From Octopus vulgaris (taxonomy: Eukaryota): DNA of 64,000 nt. The stretch spans positions 30,690,001-30,754,000 of the forward strand of contig OX597832.1 in NCBI GenBank assembly GCA_951406725.2, read 5' to 3'. Below, one piece after another: positions 39,601 to 49,200 of the stretch; the stretch's first letter is position 1; every line of letters begins with the position of its first letter. The notes under the pieces are model-generated. The model did not search any database. It was not told where the DNA came from and worked only from the letters and a program-made list of their open reading frames with translations. Made by a program: the position numbers and the translations under genes.

Positions 39601-40593
39601 TCAGTGTGTGCCCAGTCTTTACAGATCATGCATTGCACCCATTCTTCACCTGGGAGGGAGTTGGAATACCAATCTGAGCAGACAAGGTATTTCCAATCAG
39701 CGACCTGCTTGCTGCTGCAAGACTGCTTCCCTTTGCCTTGACCTGTTTTACTTGACTTTCCCTTCTCCTTTGTTGCCTTTTTCTGTACCAGTTGCCTTCT
39801 TGGGTTTGGATTTCCATTCGTTTATTTCATCCACTATGTGCTGTTTTATGGCAACATCCCATAATGATTCCTTTCCATCCACAACTTTTCTGACGGCTCT
39901 TTCCATGACATCAGGAGGGGTATCCCCACTTGTAGTCTTCCTTTTGTAATTTCTAGGCATGACGTGTTAAACTGAAATAGAAGGGGTAAGTTGATACACT
40001 GTAACAATTAGCCCCGACCATGGATCTCTGGGGATTACCCCATACACAGCACTAGCAATGCATGGCATCCAGGACACACCATGTATCGAAGGCAACTTCC
40101 AACACTTCATAACGAGCCACAAACCGCTTCATTAACACCACTTGTGCTTCAGTAGTTAAGGAAATAACTTTGTGGCATACATGTTTTGTTTGTTCCTTCT
40201 CGAGCCATGCCTGGCTCATAAGGGCCGGTTTCCCGGTTTCCTTGGCATATAGGTTCCCCACCTGGACATACATACATATATATGTGTGTATATATCATCA
40301 TCATCGTTTAACGTCCACTTTCTGTGCTAGCACGGATCGGACGGTTCAACTGGGGTCTGGGAAGCCAGGAGGCTGCACCAGGCTCCAGTCTGATCTGGCA
40401 GTGTTTCTACAGCTGGATGCCCTTCCTAATGCCAACCACTCCATGAGTGTAGTGGGTGGTTGGCGTTAGGAAGGCCATCCAGCGGTAGAAACATTGCCAG
40501 ATAGGACTGGAGCCTGGTGCAGCTGCCAGCTCTCCAGACCTCAGTCAAACTGTCCAACTCATGCCAGCATGGAAAACGGACATTAAGATGATG

Positions 40594-40631
<38 letters not shown>

Positions 40632-42191
40632 GCCTCGGCTGGCCCCCGTGCCGGTGTCACGTAAAAGCACCGTCCGTTCGTGGCTGTTTGCCAGCTCTGT
40701 CTGGCCCCGTGACGGTGGCACGTAAAAGCACCATCCGTTCGTGTTCGTTGTCAGCCTCGGCTGGCCCCCGTGCCGGTGACACGTAAAAGCACCGTCCGTT
40801 CGTGGCCGTTTGCCAGCTCTGTCTGGCCCCGTGTCGGTGGCACGTAAAAGCACCATCCGTTCGTGTCTGTTGCCAGCATCGCCTGGCCCCGTGCCAGTGA
40901 CACGTAAAAGCACCATCCGTTCGTGGCCGTTCGCCAGCTCTGTCTGGCACCTGTGCAGGTGGCACGTAAAAAACACCCACTACACTCGCGGAGTGGTTGG
41001 CGTTAGGAAGGGCATCCAGCTGTAGAAACACTGCCAGATCTGACTGGGCCTGATGAAGCCTTCCAGCTTCACAGACCCCAGTTGACCCGTCCAACCCATG
41101 CTAGCATGGAAAGCGGACGCTAAATGATGATGATGATGATGTATCATTAAAGCAAAACTCAAGAGTGGCCAGGAGTATAACTGACTTTAGCACACGTCAC
41201 AATAATATATATATATAATCATAAATATTTTTGTTTTTATTCTAGGCACATGGCCCGAAATTTTTTTTTTGGGGGTGGGGAGCAGTCGATTAGATTGACC
41301 CTAGTACGAAACTGGTACTTAATTTATAGCCCCTCGAAAGGATGAAAGGCAAAGTGGACCTCGACGGAATTTGAACTCAGAACATAAAGACAGATGAAAT
41401 ACCGCGAGGATGGAACGGGATGGATGGTTGCAGCTATTACATCTTTCATCATAAATGTGGTTGATCGGAACTAAACAAATGATTTGACATCGACAATTAG
41501 ATTACTGATCTATATATGTTCAACGATCAAACCCCTATGAGATCGGTCGACTTCCTGGAAATAGCAGCCAAATATACCTACGAAATTTCACAACCTTCCC
41601 TCTTTTAAAACTAAACATATATATATATATATATAAAGAATTATTTTCGTAATGAGATAAAAAAAAAAACAAGGATTTTATCTCATTACGAAAAAAATTA
41701 TTTTTATACACACACGCTGATATATGACCTAAGTTGGACCCCTTATTCGTATGATCACCGAATCTGGAACTTAACTATGGTCTGTCTATAGCACTTATTC
41801 AGCATTACCTGACACCTTTGGGTCTCAATGACACCATTACCTCTCACAACCTATATATATATATATATATATATATATAGATATACTAGAGGGGAAACCA
41901 CTATGCGGACACCCTTATGCAAGAAATAGATCCGCTATGGTCATACCACTAAGAAATGTCCTCAAGAAAAATTTACGTTTTGGTTGTTTTGTTAAATTTT
42001 TCTTGAGAACATTTCTTAGTGGTAAGACCATAGCGGATCTATTTCTAGCATAAGGGTGTCCACATAGTGGTTTCTCCTCTAATATGTATATAATACAATT
42101 TTACTGAACCTTCAGTTTTTTTATATGCTAGACCACTGGTGTGAAATCGATGTTAATTAAATTAATATCTAATTTCTCACCCTCATTTTAA

Positions 42192-42232
<41 letters not shown>

Positions 42233-43059
42233 TAAATAGATAGATAGATATATGTGTGTGTATACATAAACACACACATATATATATAAAAGAGGAGTTG
42301 GTCATAACTAAAACATCTTTGACCGCAGGTCTGCTCAATCGAGGCCGACCTGCAGCTAGACAACATCGACAACCTACAGTAAGGAAGGAAGGGCACGTTA
42401 ACACAGATGAAGTGTGAAAAGAAGACGGTGATGGTCGATTCGAGAATGTCATTGATAAACCCCTGCTCAGGTCACCACCTGACTGACCTACCCTTTAACT
42501 GGAAACGAAAGACGAACATAAGACATCTTTGCTGCGCGGGATTTGAACTCCAAAGGTTAAAGAACCGACGTAGATGCTGATAGCTTTACATCATAAACAC
42601 AATGTTGCATGCTTTTTTTTTCTATTATTTTCTTCGATTTTACAGCAAAAGAAAAAGAAAAAAAAAAGAGAGAATCGATATGATGTGATGCCTTGAAATG
42701 ATTTTGTATAGGGGCTACAAAAGGGTTTTTGCGATTTAGATTCAGATATCAAACAGGTTCGAGTCGTTTTTGTGTTATTCAGTAAGAGAGGTGATTGTAA
42801 TTGGATATATACGCATGTGTGTGTGTGTGTGTATGTTTCTAGCCGAGACGTTCTCTCGGGGGAGAAAAAAATAACAGAAAATTTAGCAAATATTTTTCCT
42901 TTTTCTTATGAATTAAAATACAAAAATAATTTTTCATTTTTTTTTCTTTCGATATAATTTAAGACAAAAATCGATTTCATGCAAACGAGATTACTAACGG
43001 TTAACTTACCGAATCTCTCTCTCTATAATACATACATATATATATATATATATATACAT

Positions 43060-43153
<94 letters not shown>

Positions 43154-44231
43154 ATATGGAGCGGGCCTTTTTATGGGATTACCTTAGGTTTCCCGTCCTT
43201 ATAAAGGGTTAATCTTTATGGCGCATCATCAGTTCCCACAGACGATATATGTATATATATATATATATATGTATGTATATGACACCGACACAGCCTCACC
43301 AGGTATGTGTTTACATACCTGTGGCTGTCGAACACGTTAATTACACGATAAAGTTTGGGAAAGTGAAACTGGTTATTTTATATTCCAATATTTACCCATG
43401 CGAAGGCATGACACGAAATCGGTTTCGATTGGGAATCGATACTCCGGTTACAAATTTAGCAGCTGGGCGAGGAGTAACCTTGTTTTTTTACAGTAATTGC
43501 TATAATGAGTTCATTAGTTAGAATTTAATTAATTACATGAATAATGACAAAAATAGTAATTGAAAGAATCTAGAACAACAAATAAATGTATAAAAATATA
43601 TAGACTATATTTAAATGTAATAAAAAATAAATCAGTAACAACCAATGTGATGGTTTCTGGTTTGGGGTACTCCTTGAGAAGAGTGGTCCCGGTGCGCGCA
43701 CTCGCGTACACGCGCATCCGCACTAGCTAGTCGTGACTAGTCGATCCTTACTTTGTGTTTTATTTACTTTGTTTAACAATTATTTACTTTGTGTAAACAA
43801 ATTTATTTATTTTTTGTTTTATTTACTTTGCTAAGGTGGGTGGTCGTTGTAGGATCGACTAGTCACGGCTAGCTAGCGCGGATGCGCGACTACACGAGTG
43901 CGCGCACCGGGTACCACTGTTCTCATGTAGTAACTCTGGTTTGGTACACAAGATGGACAATTTTGAGAGGAGAGTGGTTTAGTTGATAAACATCGACCCC
44001 CGGGAGGCGACAAAGCTAAGTTGACCTCGGCGTGATTCGAACTCGGGGACTTAAGAGTCGGAACAAACACCGCAAGAAAAAAAATAGAAAAAAAAAATGA
44101 AATATTAATTAAGTTATGGCGAGAAATGATTAATTAAAAGGAAAAAAAGATATGTGGTGTTAACTTACGCGGAAAGCAGGTGTTGCGAAGTTGTTTGGTC
44201 GAAGACGAACCAGCTTCAGCACAGCAGACAT
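18063..44231 (-). CDS. DBT: Dihydrolipoamide branched-chain transacylase (BCKDH E2), mitochondrial; 10 exons, 1485 nt, 494 aa: complement(join(18063..18230,20879..20950,23364..23555,24414..24491,28144..28427,29479..29575,29850..30159,31352..31427,33168..33312,44169..44231))
   Basis: All junctions are GT-AG and phase-compatible. Arg-rich, acid-free presequence [21 protein letters not shown]. Lipoyl motif [14 protein letters not shown]3-binding ATPAVRR...[12 protein letters not shown] and catalytic SADHRVIDG all present. Confidence 0.96.
18297..18852. repeat. Punctuated (GT)n minisatellite, 21 copies of CTAAGCA(C)
   Basis: Counted directly. Units are ~16-30 bp and differ mainly in (GT)n length. 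Confidence 0.95.
19018..19881. mobile_element. Mariner-derived fold-back element with ~270-bp inverted ends
   Basis: TA-flanked. Both ends are the element 5' end. Transposase remnants EQRICIKIC (HTH) and [16 protein letters not shown] (WVPHEL-region homolog). Confidence 0.82.
20879..20950 (-). CDS. DBT: DBT exon 9
   Basis: [24 protein letters not shown], 72 nt. Confidence 0.96.
21760..22032 (+). mobile_element. Helitron 3' fragment
   Basis: Degenerate hairpin CTGGGCAACACCAGG followed by CTAG|T. The 5' boundary is uncertain. Confidence 0.5.
22794..23212 (+). mobile_element. Retroposon family A (RTE-type 3' tail ending GGACGTTAAACGATGATGAT)
   Basis: Recurrent GAGTGGTTGGCGTTAGGAAGGGCATCCAGCTGTAGAAAC...CATGGAAAACGGACG. 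Other copies at approximately 6411-6677, 20090-20336, 26984-27229, 28874-29035, 40295-41140 and 50442-50658. Confidence 0.85.
23364..23555 (-). CDS. DBT: DBT exon 8
   Basis: [24 protein letters not shown]...[11 protein letters not shown], 192 nt. Confidence 0.96.
24414..24491 (-). CDS. DBT: DBT exon 7
   Basis: [26 protein letters not shown], 78 nt. Confidence 0.95.
25430..25661. mobile_element. Tc1/mariner MITE
   Basis: ~37-bp TIR AGGGTTGGCCAAAAGTCACCTGTCAGTAAATCAAAAT, inserted in a TA/GA microsatellite. Confidence 0.85.
26820..26891 (-). ncRNA. Minimal type I hammerhead ribozyme motif (Penelope-like element type)
   Basis: Minus strand reads AUGGUUA CUGAUGA GGAUU...AAUCU GAAA C CAA G UA UGACCGU. 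Intact core, 7-bp stem I, extended stem II, GUA cleavage triplet. Confidence 0.7.
27660..28130. repeat. Low-complexity (GAT/GGT/AGT)n tract in DBT intron 6
   Basis: Degenerate trinucleotide repeat next to the exon 6 donor. Confidence 0.9.
28144..28427 (-). CDS. DBT: DBT exon 6
   Basis: [16 protein letters not shown]...[34 protein letters not shown]...[10 protein letters not shown]. Confidence 0.94.
29479..29575 (-). CDS. DBT: DBT exon 5
   Basis: [33 protein letters not shown]|gtatgt donor. A duplicate donor lies 27 nt downstream. Confidence 0.93.
29850..30159 (-). CDS. DBT: DBT exon 4
   Basis: [32 protein letters not shown]...[14 protein letters not shown]. Confidence 0.96.
31352..31427 (-). 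CDS. DBT: DBT exon 3
   Basis: [26 protein letters not shown], 76 nt, start of lipoyl domain. Confidence 0.95.
31589..31954 (-). mobile_element. Full-length tRNA-derived SINE (family D head, different tail)
   Basis: Same GGAGG.GCAATGGCCCA.TGGTTAGGGCAGC head, 13-bp TSD TTGTTGAAGCTGT. Confidence 0.88.
32085..32485 (-). mobile_element. tRNA-derived SINE family B (CORE-like CCTTGGGCAAGTG domain, AAAGAGT tail)
   Basis: Near-complete copy. Others at approximately 6672-6950, 10055-10235, 12120-12480, 13285-13640, 21480-21630, 31100-31315, 38270-38520, 45078-45446, 54320-54422 and 56320-56530. Confidence 0.85.
33168..33312 (-). CDS. DBT: DBT exon 2
   Basis: tttcag acceptor, [26 protein letters not shown]...RAFHLSA, G|gtaaaa donor. 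Phase 0 to 1 links exons 1 and 3. Confidence 0.85.
33508..33900 (+). mobile_element. Mariner 5' fragment with frameshifted transposase N-terminus
   Basis: TA-TTGGGTTGGCCAAAAAGT TIR. ATG at 33686 gives [14 protein letters not shown], frameshifting to [47 protein letters not shown] (mariner HTH). Confidence 0.88.
34710..35219. mobile_element. Tc2/pogo-like MITE (~510 bp)
   Basis: TA-CCGTAAATCCTCGAGTAT...ATACTCGAGGATTTACGG-TA. Confidence 0.85.
35579..35838. mobile_element. Mutator-like MITE, copy 1
   Basis: GGTACTATTTAAGAA...TTCTTAAATAGTACC termini, flanking (t/c)attgtttg duplication, shares GGTGCGCGCACTCGCGTAC...CTAGTCGATCCT with 43666-43934. Confidence 0.7.
39310..40020 (-). mobile_element. 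Internally deleted pogo-like DNA transposon (HTH-psq start fused to PHD-like end)
   Basis: [37 protein letters not shown] (psq-type N-terminus) and [17 protein letters not shown] (PHD-like). Subterminal GGGGTA.nTTGTnACA repeats at both ends. Confidence 0.7.
40630..40975 (+). repeat. ~62-bp tandem repeat (5-6 units) inside a family A retroposon
   Basis: Repeated CACGTAAAAGCACC(A/G)TCCGTTCGTG...GGCCCCGTG. Confidence 0.9.
41887..42081. repeat. Long inverted repeat (~89-bp arms)
   Basis: TAGAGGGGAAACCACTATG...CATAGTGGTTTCTCCTCTA with a ~17-nt loop. Confidence 0.92.
43666..43934. mobile_element. Mutator-like MITE, copy 2
   Basis: ~80-bp inverted arms, flanked by the 10-bp direct repeat TCTGGTTTGG. 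Confidence 0.75.
44169..44231 (-). CDS. DBT: DBT exon 1 (mitochondrial presequence)
   Basis: ATG at 44231, [21 protein letters not shown], gtaagt donor, CpG-rich context. Confidence 0.85.
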
Positions 44232-44401
44232 GTTTCTAATAGAAATGTTTGGACTGGGAGAAAATCTCGCGAGAAACCACGAGACTCGAGTGCGGTGGGG
44301 GTGAGGTGGGGGCGTGGACGTTAATTGTGGGTGGGGCGGTAAAGGTGAGAATGAAAGACTCGGGTCTTTACAGGTAGAAAGGACGGGGAGAGGATCTTTC
44401 G

Positions 44402-44808
44402 GGATCTTTTCGGTTTGAACGGCAGTTTTTTTAATATAATTTCCACGTAACTAAACACTTTTAAACTTCGTACACTGGTAGAATGTGTTTATAAAACATC
44501 TTTTTCTCTTGGCTTTCTTGAGAAAATTCTATAGTTTGTAAGATATTTGTTGTTTTTTTCTGCAATTTCAACCAATCAATGACATCTATTTAGGTAAAAA
44601 ACATTCTGTGTCGTATGAATATGTCCCTCGTTTAAGAAACAGATTGGGTTTATTTACATTTCTGAAGAAAAAAAGATACCCTTCCTCCTCACCCCTAACC
44701 CTAACCCATAAACATTGAAATGCAATAGATCGATACTAGGGTCATAATTATGGGTGACAATTTCATATGACACCGCTAGAAAGAACTGTCGTTCAAACCG
44801 AAAGATCC
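44402..44808. mobile_element. Unclassified TIR element (MITE) with internal CCCTAA repeats
   Basis: GGATCTTTTCGGTTTGAACGGCAGTT...AACTGTCGTTCAAACCGAAAGATCC TIRs, and CCCTAACCCTAACCC near 44693. Confidence 0.8.
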
Positions 44809-45077
44809 TTTCTTTCTATTGATTGTATATTATGTAACGGTAAATCTTCATGACTATGTATCTAGAAGTTCATTAAGCGATGCCTTAAAACAGCGATCCG
44901 GCAGAATCATTAAACACGCCGGACCAAAATGTAATTCGTCCGGATTTACTGAGTTCGAATTCCGCCGAGGTCGACTTTGCTTTACGAGATCGATAAAATA
45001 AGTACCAGTTGAGCACTGGGGTCGATGTAATCGGCTAACGTCTTTTCCCCCAAAATTTCAGGCCTTGCACATATAAT

Positions 45078-45446
45078 CTTTACTATTTTACTCTTTTACT
45101 TGTTTCAGTCATTTGACTGTGGCCATGCTGGAGCACCGCCTTTAGTCGACCCCAGGACTTATTCTTTGTAAGCCTAGTACTTATTTTATCGGTCTTTTTT
45201 GCCGAACCGCTAAGTGACGGGGACGTAAACACACCAGCATCGGTTGTCAAGCGATGTTGGGGGGACAAACACACACACATATGTATATATATACATATAT
45301 ACGACGGGCTTTCAGTTTCCGTCTACCAAATCCACTCACAAGGCTTTGGTCGGCCCAAGGCTATAGTAGAAGACACTTGCCCAAGGTGCCACGCAGTGGG
45401 ACTGAACCCGTAACCATGTGGTTCATAAACAAGCTACTTACCACAC
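45078..45446 (-). mobile_element. SINE family B copy inside the DBT/RTCA intergenic region
   Basis: High similarity to 32085-32485, with CpGs retained. Confidence 0.85.
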
Positions 45447-45454
45447 GGGAAAGG

Positions 45455-45710
45455 ATTATCAGATGTATCTTTTTTTTTAAATCTAAAACAGTAGGTCATT
45501 ATTAAGATCCAAAACAGGATGTTTTGAGGGTGATTTGGATACTATTTCTGGCAGGTCTAATGACCATGTAGGGGCTCCTACGTCTCCATCCTTTAGAGCC
45601 TATAGAGGAAAAAATTATTAGATGTATCTTTTTTTATTCATTTAAAACGGTAGGTCGTTATTAAGACCCAAGGCAGGATGTTTTGAGGGCGATTTGGATT
45701 CTATTTCTGG
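45455..45710 (+). repeat. ~97-bp direct duplication in the DBT/RTCA intergenic region
   Basis: ATTAT.AGATGTATCTTTTTT...GGATGTTTTGAGGG.GATTTGGAT.CTATTTCTGG at ~45455 and ~45614. Confidence 0.85.
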
Positions 45711-46182
45711 TCAAATAGGAGATAGTGTTAGTTGAAGGCTACCAAACCTATTTCTTTACTACCCATAAGGGTAGGACAAACAAAGATAGACAAACGAATT
45801 AAGTCGATTAAATCGACCCCAGTGCGTAACTGGTACTTAATTTATCGACCCCGAAAGGATGAAATGCAAAGTCGACCTCGGCGGAATTTGAAATCAGAAC
45901 GTACTGGCGGACGAAATACCGCTAAGCATTTCGCCCGGCGTGCTAACGCTTCTGCCAAGCTCGCCGCCTTCTTCAGCTTTATATAGAGAGGGATTATCTC
46001 TCCTGTCACACACTCGTCGTGTAACTGCTACCACTGCTATCGCCACGGCCTTTTCTGGATATGCAACTGAACTACTGCTATCGCTACGACACCTCCTACC
46101 ACCACTGATTTCCACCTCAGACTCTCCCTCTTGCGGTGTAGCACCAACTCGAACGTAAACCAGTTCTTCCTCGTCATCGATC

Positions 46183-46233
46183 ATGACAACATCTGAGGAG
46201 ATTCTTCAAATCGATGGTTCCATCTACGAAGGT
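46183..46233 (+). CDS. RTCA: RTCA exon 1
   Basis: [17 protein letters not shown], gtgagt donor. Confidence 0.93.
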
Positions 46234-49200
46234 GTGAGTACACGATTCTTTTTCCTTTCTTCTTCTCATTGTTATTTTAATTTCCTTTTATCGTCCATTC
46301 ATTTGATCCTGTTCCAGAGTTCCGAACCAAATGTTCCCACCTTCTTTCATTTACCGGTTTTCTTTTCTCAGGTTTCCATCTTTTAATTTCTCTCCTATTT
46401 ATTGCCTTCGTATCACAGAACCACCGTAAAGAGGTTATTGGGATTGTTTGACTTTAGGCCGATCCCTGCTCGAAGGGAACTAGAATAAAAGGCGGTCCAA
46501 CCATAATCCTCCCGTCCTTTGTTTTCAGACATCATCCAATGTGTCCTTTCTTTATAAAACCAGCGATGTGTGATTTTTGAGATTTGGTGATTTGGTTGCT
46601 AGTTCTAGCATTTAGAGGCTTCCTCATCGGCTTGCCATGGAGCCCTATAAAGTCAGGTGAAGATGAAACCTACCGGTTTCGATCCTTTTCTGACAGGGCC
46701 CTTTGATATGCCGGTTCTTAGTTTCTATTTCCACGTATATTTCCATCATCATCGCCTTTGTTGTTGTCAGGTAGGGAAAAGATCTAAAGACGGTTGGGTG
46801 AATTTCGAGGGAGGTTTCGTTGTTGGTTCGTTTTCCAACGGCTTTCGTTCTGTGCAGTTTCCGTCTACACAGTTTTTAATAAGTACCAGTTACGCACTGG
46901 GTCGACATAATCGACTTAATCCGTTTGCCTGTCCCTGTTTGTCCCCTCTGTATGTAGCCCCTTGTGGGCAGGAAAGAAATAAGATTTAAATTACTCCCAG
47001 GTTCGGTAGAAGGTACTCGATCACGGTCCCGCCTAACAGGATCTCAAACCTTAGTGTATCGCGGTGACACAGCGGATTTCTTGAACACTCAGATGTTTGT
47101 CCATAGATACCATCTTTATATTTATTCTGGTCTCGACATTTCGAACAACCGCAGAAGAAGATGTTTAACCCATTGCCTCCCACGAGCCCCATTTGGGGAT
47201 CTGCTAAAAACAGGCTCCCTGCTGGTTGTTCGTTGCATTTAAAGTGAATTGCTTATGTCCATTGCATTTACAGAGGTGTGTTTAACAATATTTAGTAATT
47301 AAAGTTTGTCATTATTAGCTCTGGCTAATTCCAGAGGACATTTTATGCAATAAATCGCAATTTTTGAACTACAAAAATATTGACTGTTTTGAAAAGGTTT
47401 CTTTTTTCACTTCCCATTTACATCATTCATTGATATTTCGTATAAACCTCCGCATTTGATTCTATAGTTTCCGAAAACAAACAAAAAAAAATCTAAAATG
47501 TTTATTATTGCAATTGAATAGAAAAGGATAAATATGCGGGGTTTTTTCCAGCAATCCCCATTTGGGACTTTTCCAAAAATTTATCATAATTTCCAAAATA
47601 ATTCTCATATGAAGAAAATTTAAATACTATATATTATTTTAACTCCGAAGACTCCTGGGAAAGCCAAAAAATATGAATACAAGAAATTTGGCAGTTAATG
47701 GTTTAATATAACTTGCCAAAAGTTTTTGGGTTTTTTTTACCATTTCTTTACTCTGTTATAATCTGTGGACACACACACAGTTTGTTTTTATGTTCAGTTA
47801 TAATAAAAACAATTTTACATTCATCTGAAGGGTTACTCGCTACTTTTGTAGAGTACATATTCTTAAACAAGAATATTATTGCCAAAGACTTCGAAGTGTA
47901 TGTATGTATGTATATTTGTGTAATAAGCCCATATAACGTATTCGTTGCCAGATTCTATGAAATCAGGAGGAAAATGTCATCATTGTAGACAAAATATTCT
48001 CAGGGAGCACTGACTGGAAATCCCTGAAGATTATTGGAAACAAACCGTTGCTAACATAACATCAGAAAGACTATTTTAAGGAACACAATAAAACATTGAC
48101 GTCACAAAATGTTCGTTCTTTATTTGCGTGTTTAATAGACATTACCAAATACTCGTCTTCGTGAGACCAGGAGGGAATCTTTAAATGGTCCCTCAGCCTG
48201 CTAAGAAATTGCAGTCAAATTTCCCTCAAATCACACAGTTTCTTCTTAAATAGTGGTAAATAATAATAATAATAATAAGGCGGAGGTAATAATCCTTTCT
48301 ACTACAGGTAGGCACAAAGGCCTGAAATTTTGGGGAGTCGATTACATCGACCTCAGTATTTCACTGGTACTTAATTTATTGACCCCGAAAAACGGACGAA
48401 ATGCCGATAGGTGTTTTGTCTGGCGTGCTAAGGATTCTGCCAGCTCGCCGTCTTAATAATAATAATAATAAATAATGGTTTAAAATTTTGGCACAAGGCT
48501 AGCAGTTTGTGGTGGGGCGGCTAGGCGATACTATCGACTATAGTACTTGACTGATAATTTTTTTATCGATCCTGGAAACGTGAAAGAGAAAATTAAACTC
48601 TGCTGGATTTGAACTCGAAACGTAAAGATTTGGAGGAACTGCCACTTAGCGTTTTGCTACCTTTGTTTCAAATTTTGGCACAAGGCCAGCACTTTTAGAG
48701 TAAGGGGTTGGTCAATTACATTGACTGGTACTTTATTTTATCGACCACAAAAGGATGACAGGTAAAGTTGACCTTGGTGAATAATAATAATAATGCCTTT
48801 CTATTATAGGCACAGGACCTGAAATTTTGGGGGTAGGGGCTAGTGTATTACATTGAACCCAGTATTCAACTGGTACCTATTTTATTAACTCTGAAATTTA
48901 AATTTTGACAGTTGCTGAGTTTTACCTTTCTAGCATAAGAAGAGACATATAAGATATTTAAATAGGAAAAGTGTTGAACATACATCAGTTTCTATAAACT
49001 TAAGTTAAACCACATTGATCTCACTAGTTTGGGAAAGCTTGAGAAATAAAAAAGGCTATGGCCAGTGTCCTTTCTTGGATAAAGTAAAGCAAAAAAAACT
49101 TTGGAACAAGCAAACAAGGAACTTATACTATCCAGACAAAAAGGTAGATGTAAGTTTAACAATGTGGAGGTGCAATGGCCCAGTGATTAGGGCAGCGGAC

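Larger units (their letters stand above)
44232..46182. promoter_or_regulatory. Divergent DBT/RTCA promoter region
   Basis: About 1.95 kb between two outward-facing ATGs, visibly CpG-rich. Contains TCTCGCGAGA (44265-44274), GC boxes GGGGGCGTGG (44308-44317) and GGGGCGG (44333-44339), and TATATAG (45980-45986) upstream of RTCA. Confidence 0.75.

Noticed and set aside
40545-41094. 143-145-aa repetitive ORFs
   Set aside because: Products of a tandem repeat within a retroposon.
44690-44712. Interstitial telomere
   Set aside because: Only about two CCCTAA units, internal to a TIR element.
46652-46694. Hammerhead-like GUCAG-GUGAAGA-stem-GAUC-CUGAC in RTCA intron 1
   Set aside because: Both conserved boxes deviate (no CUGA, no GAAA), too weak to call.
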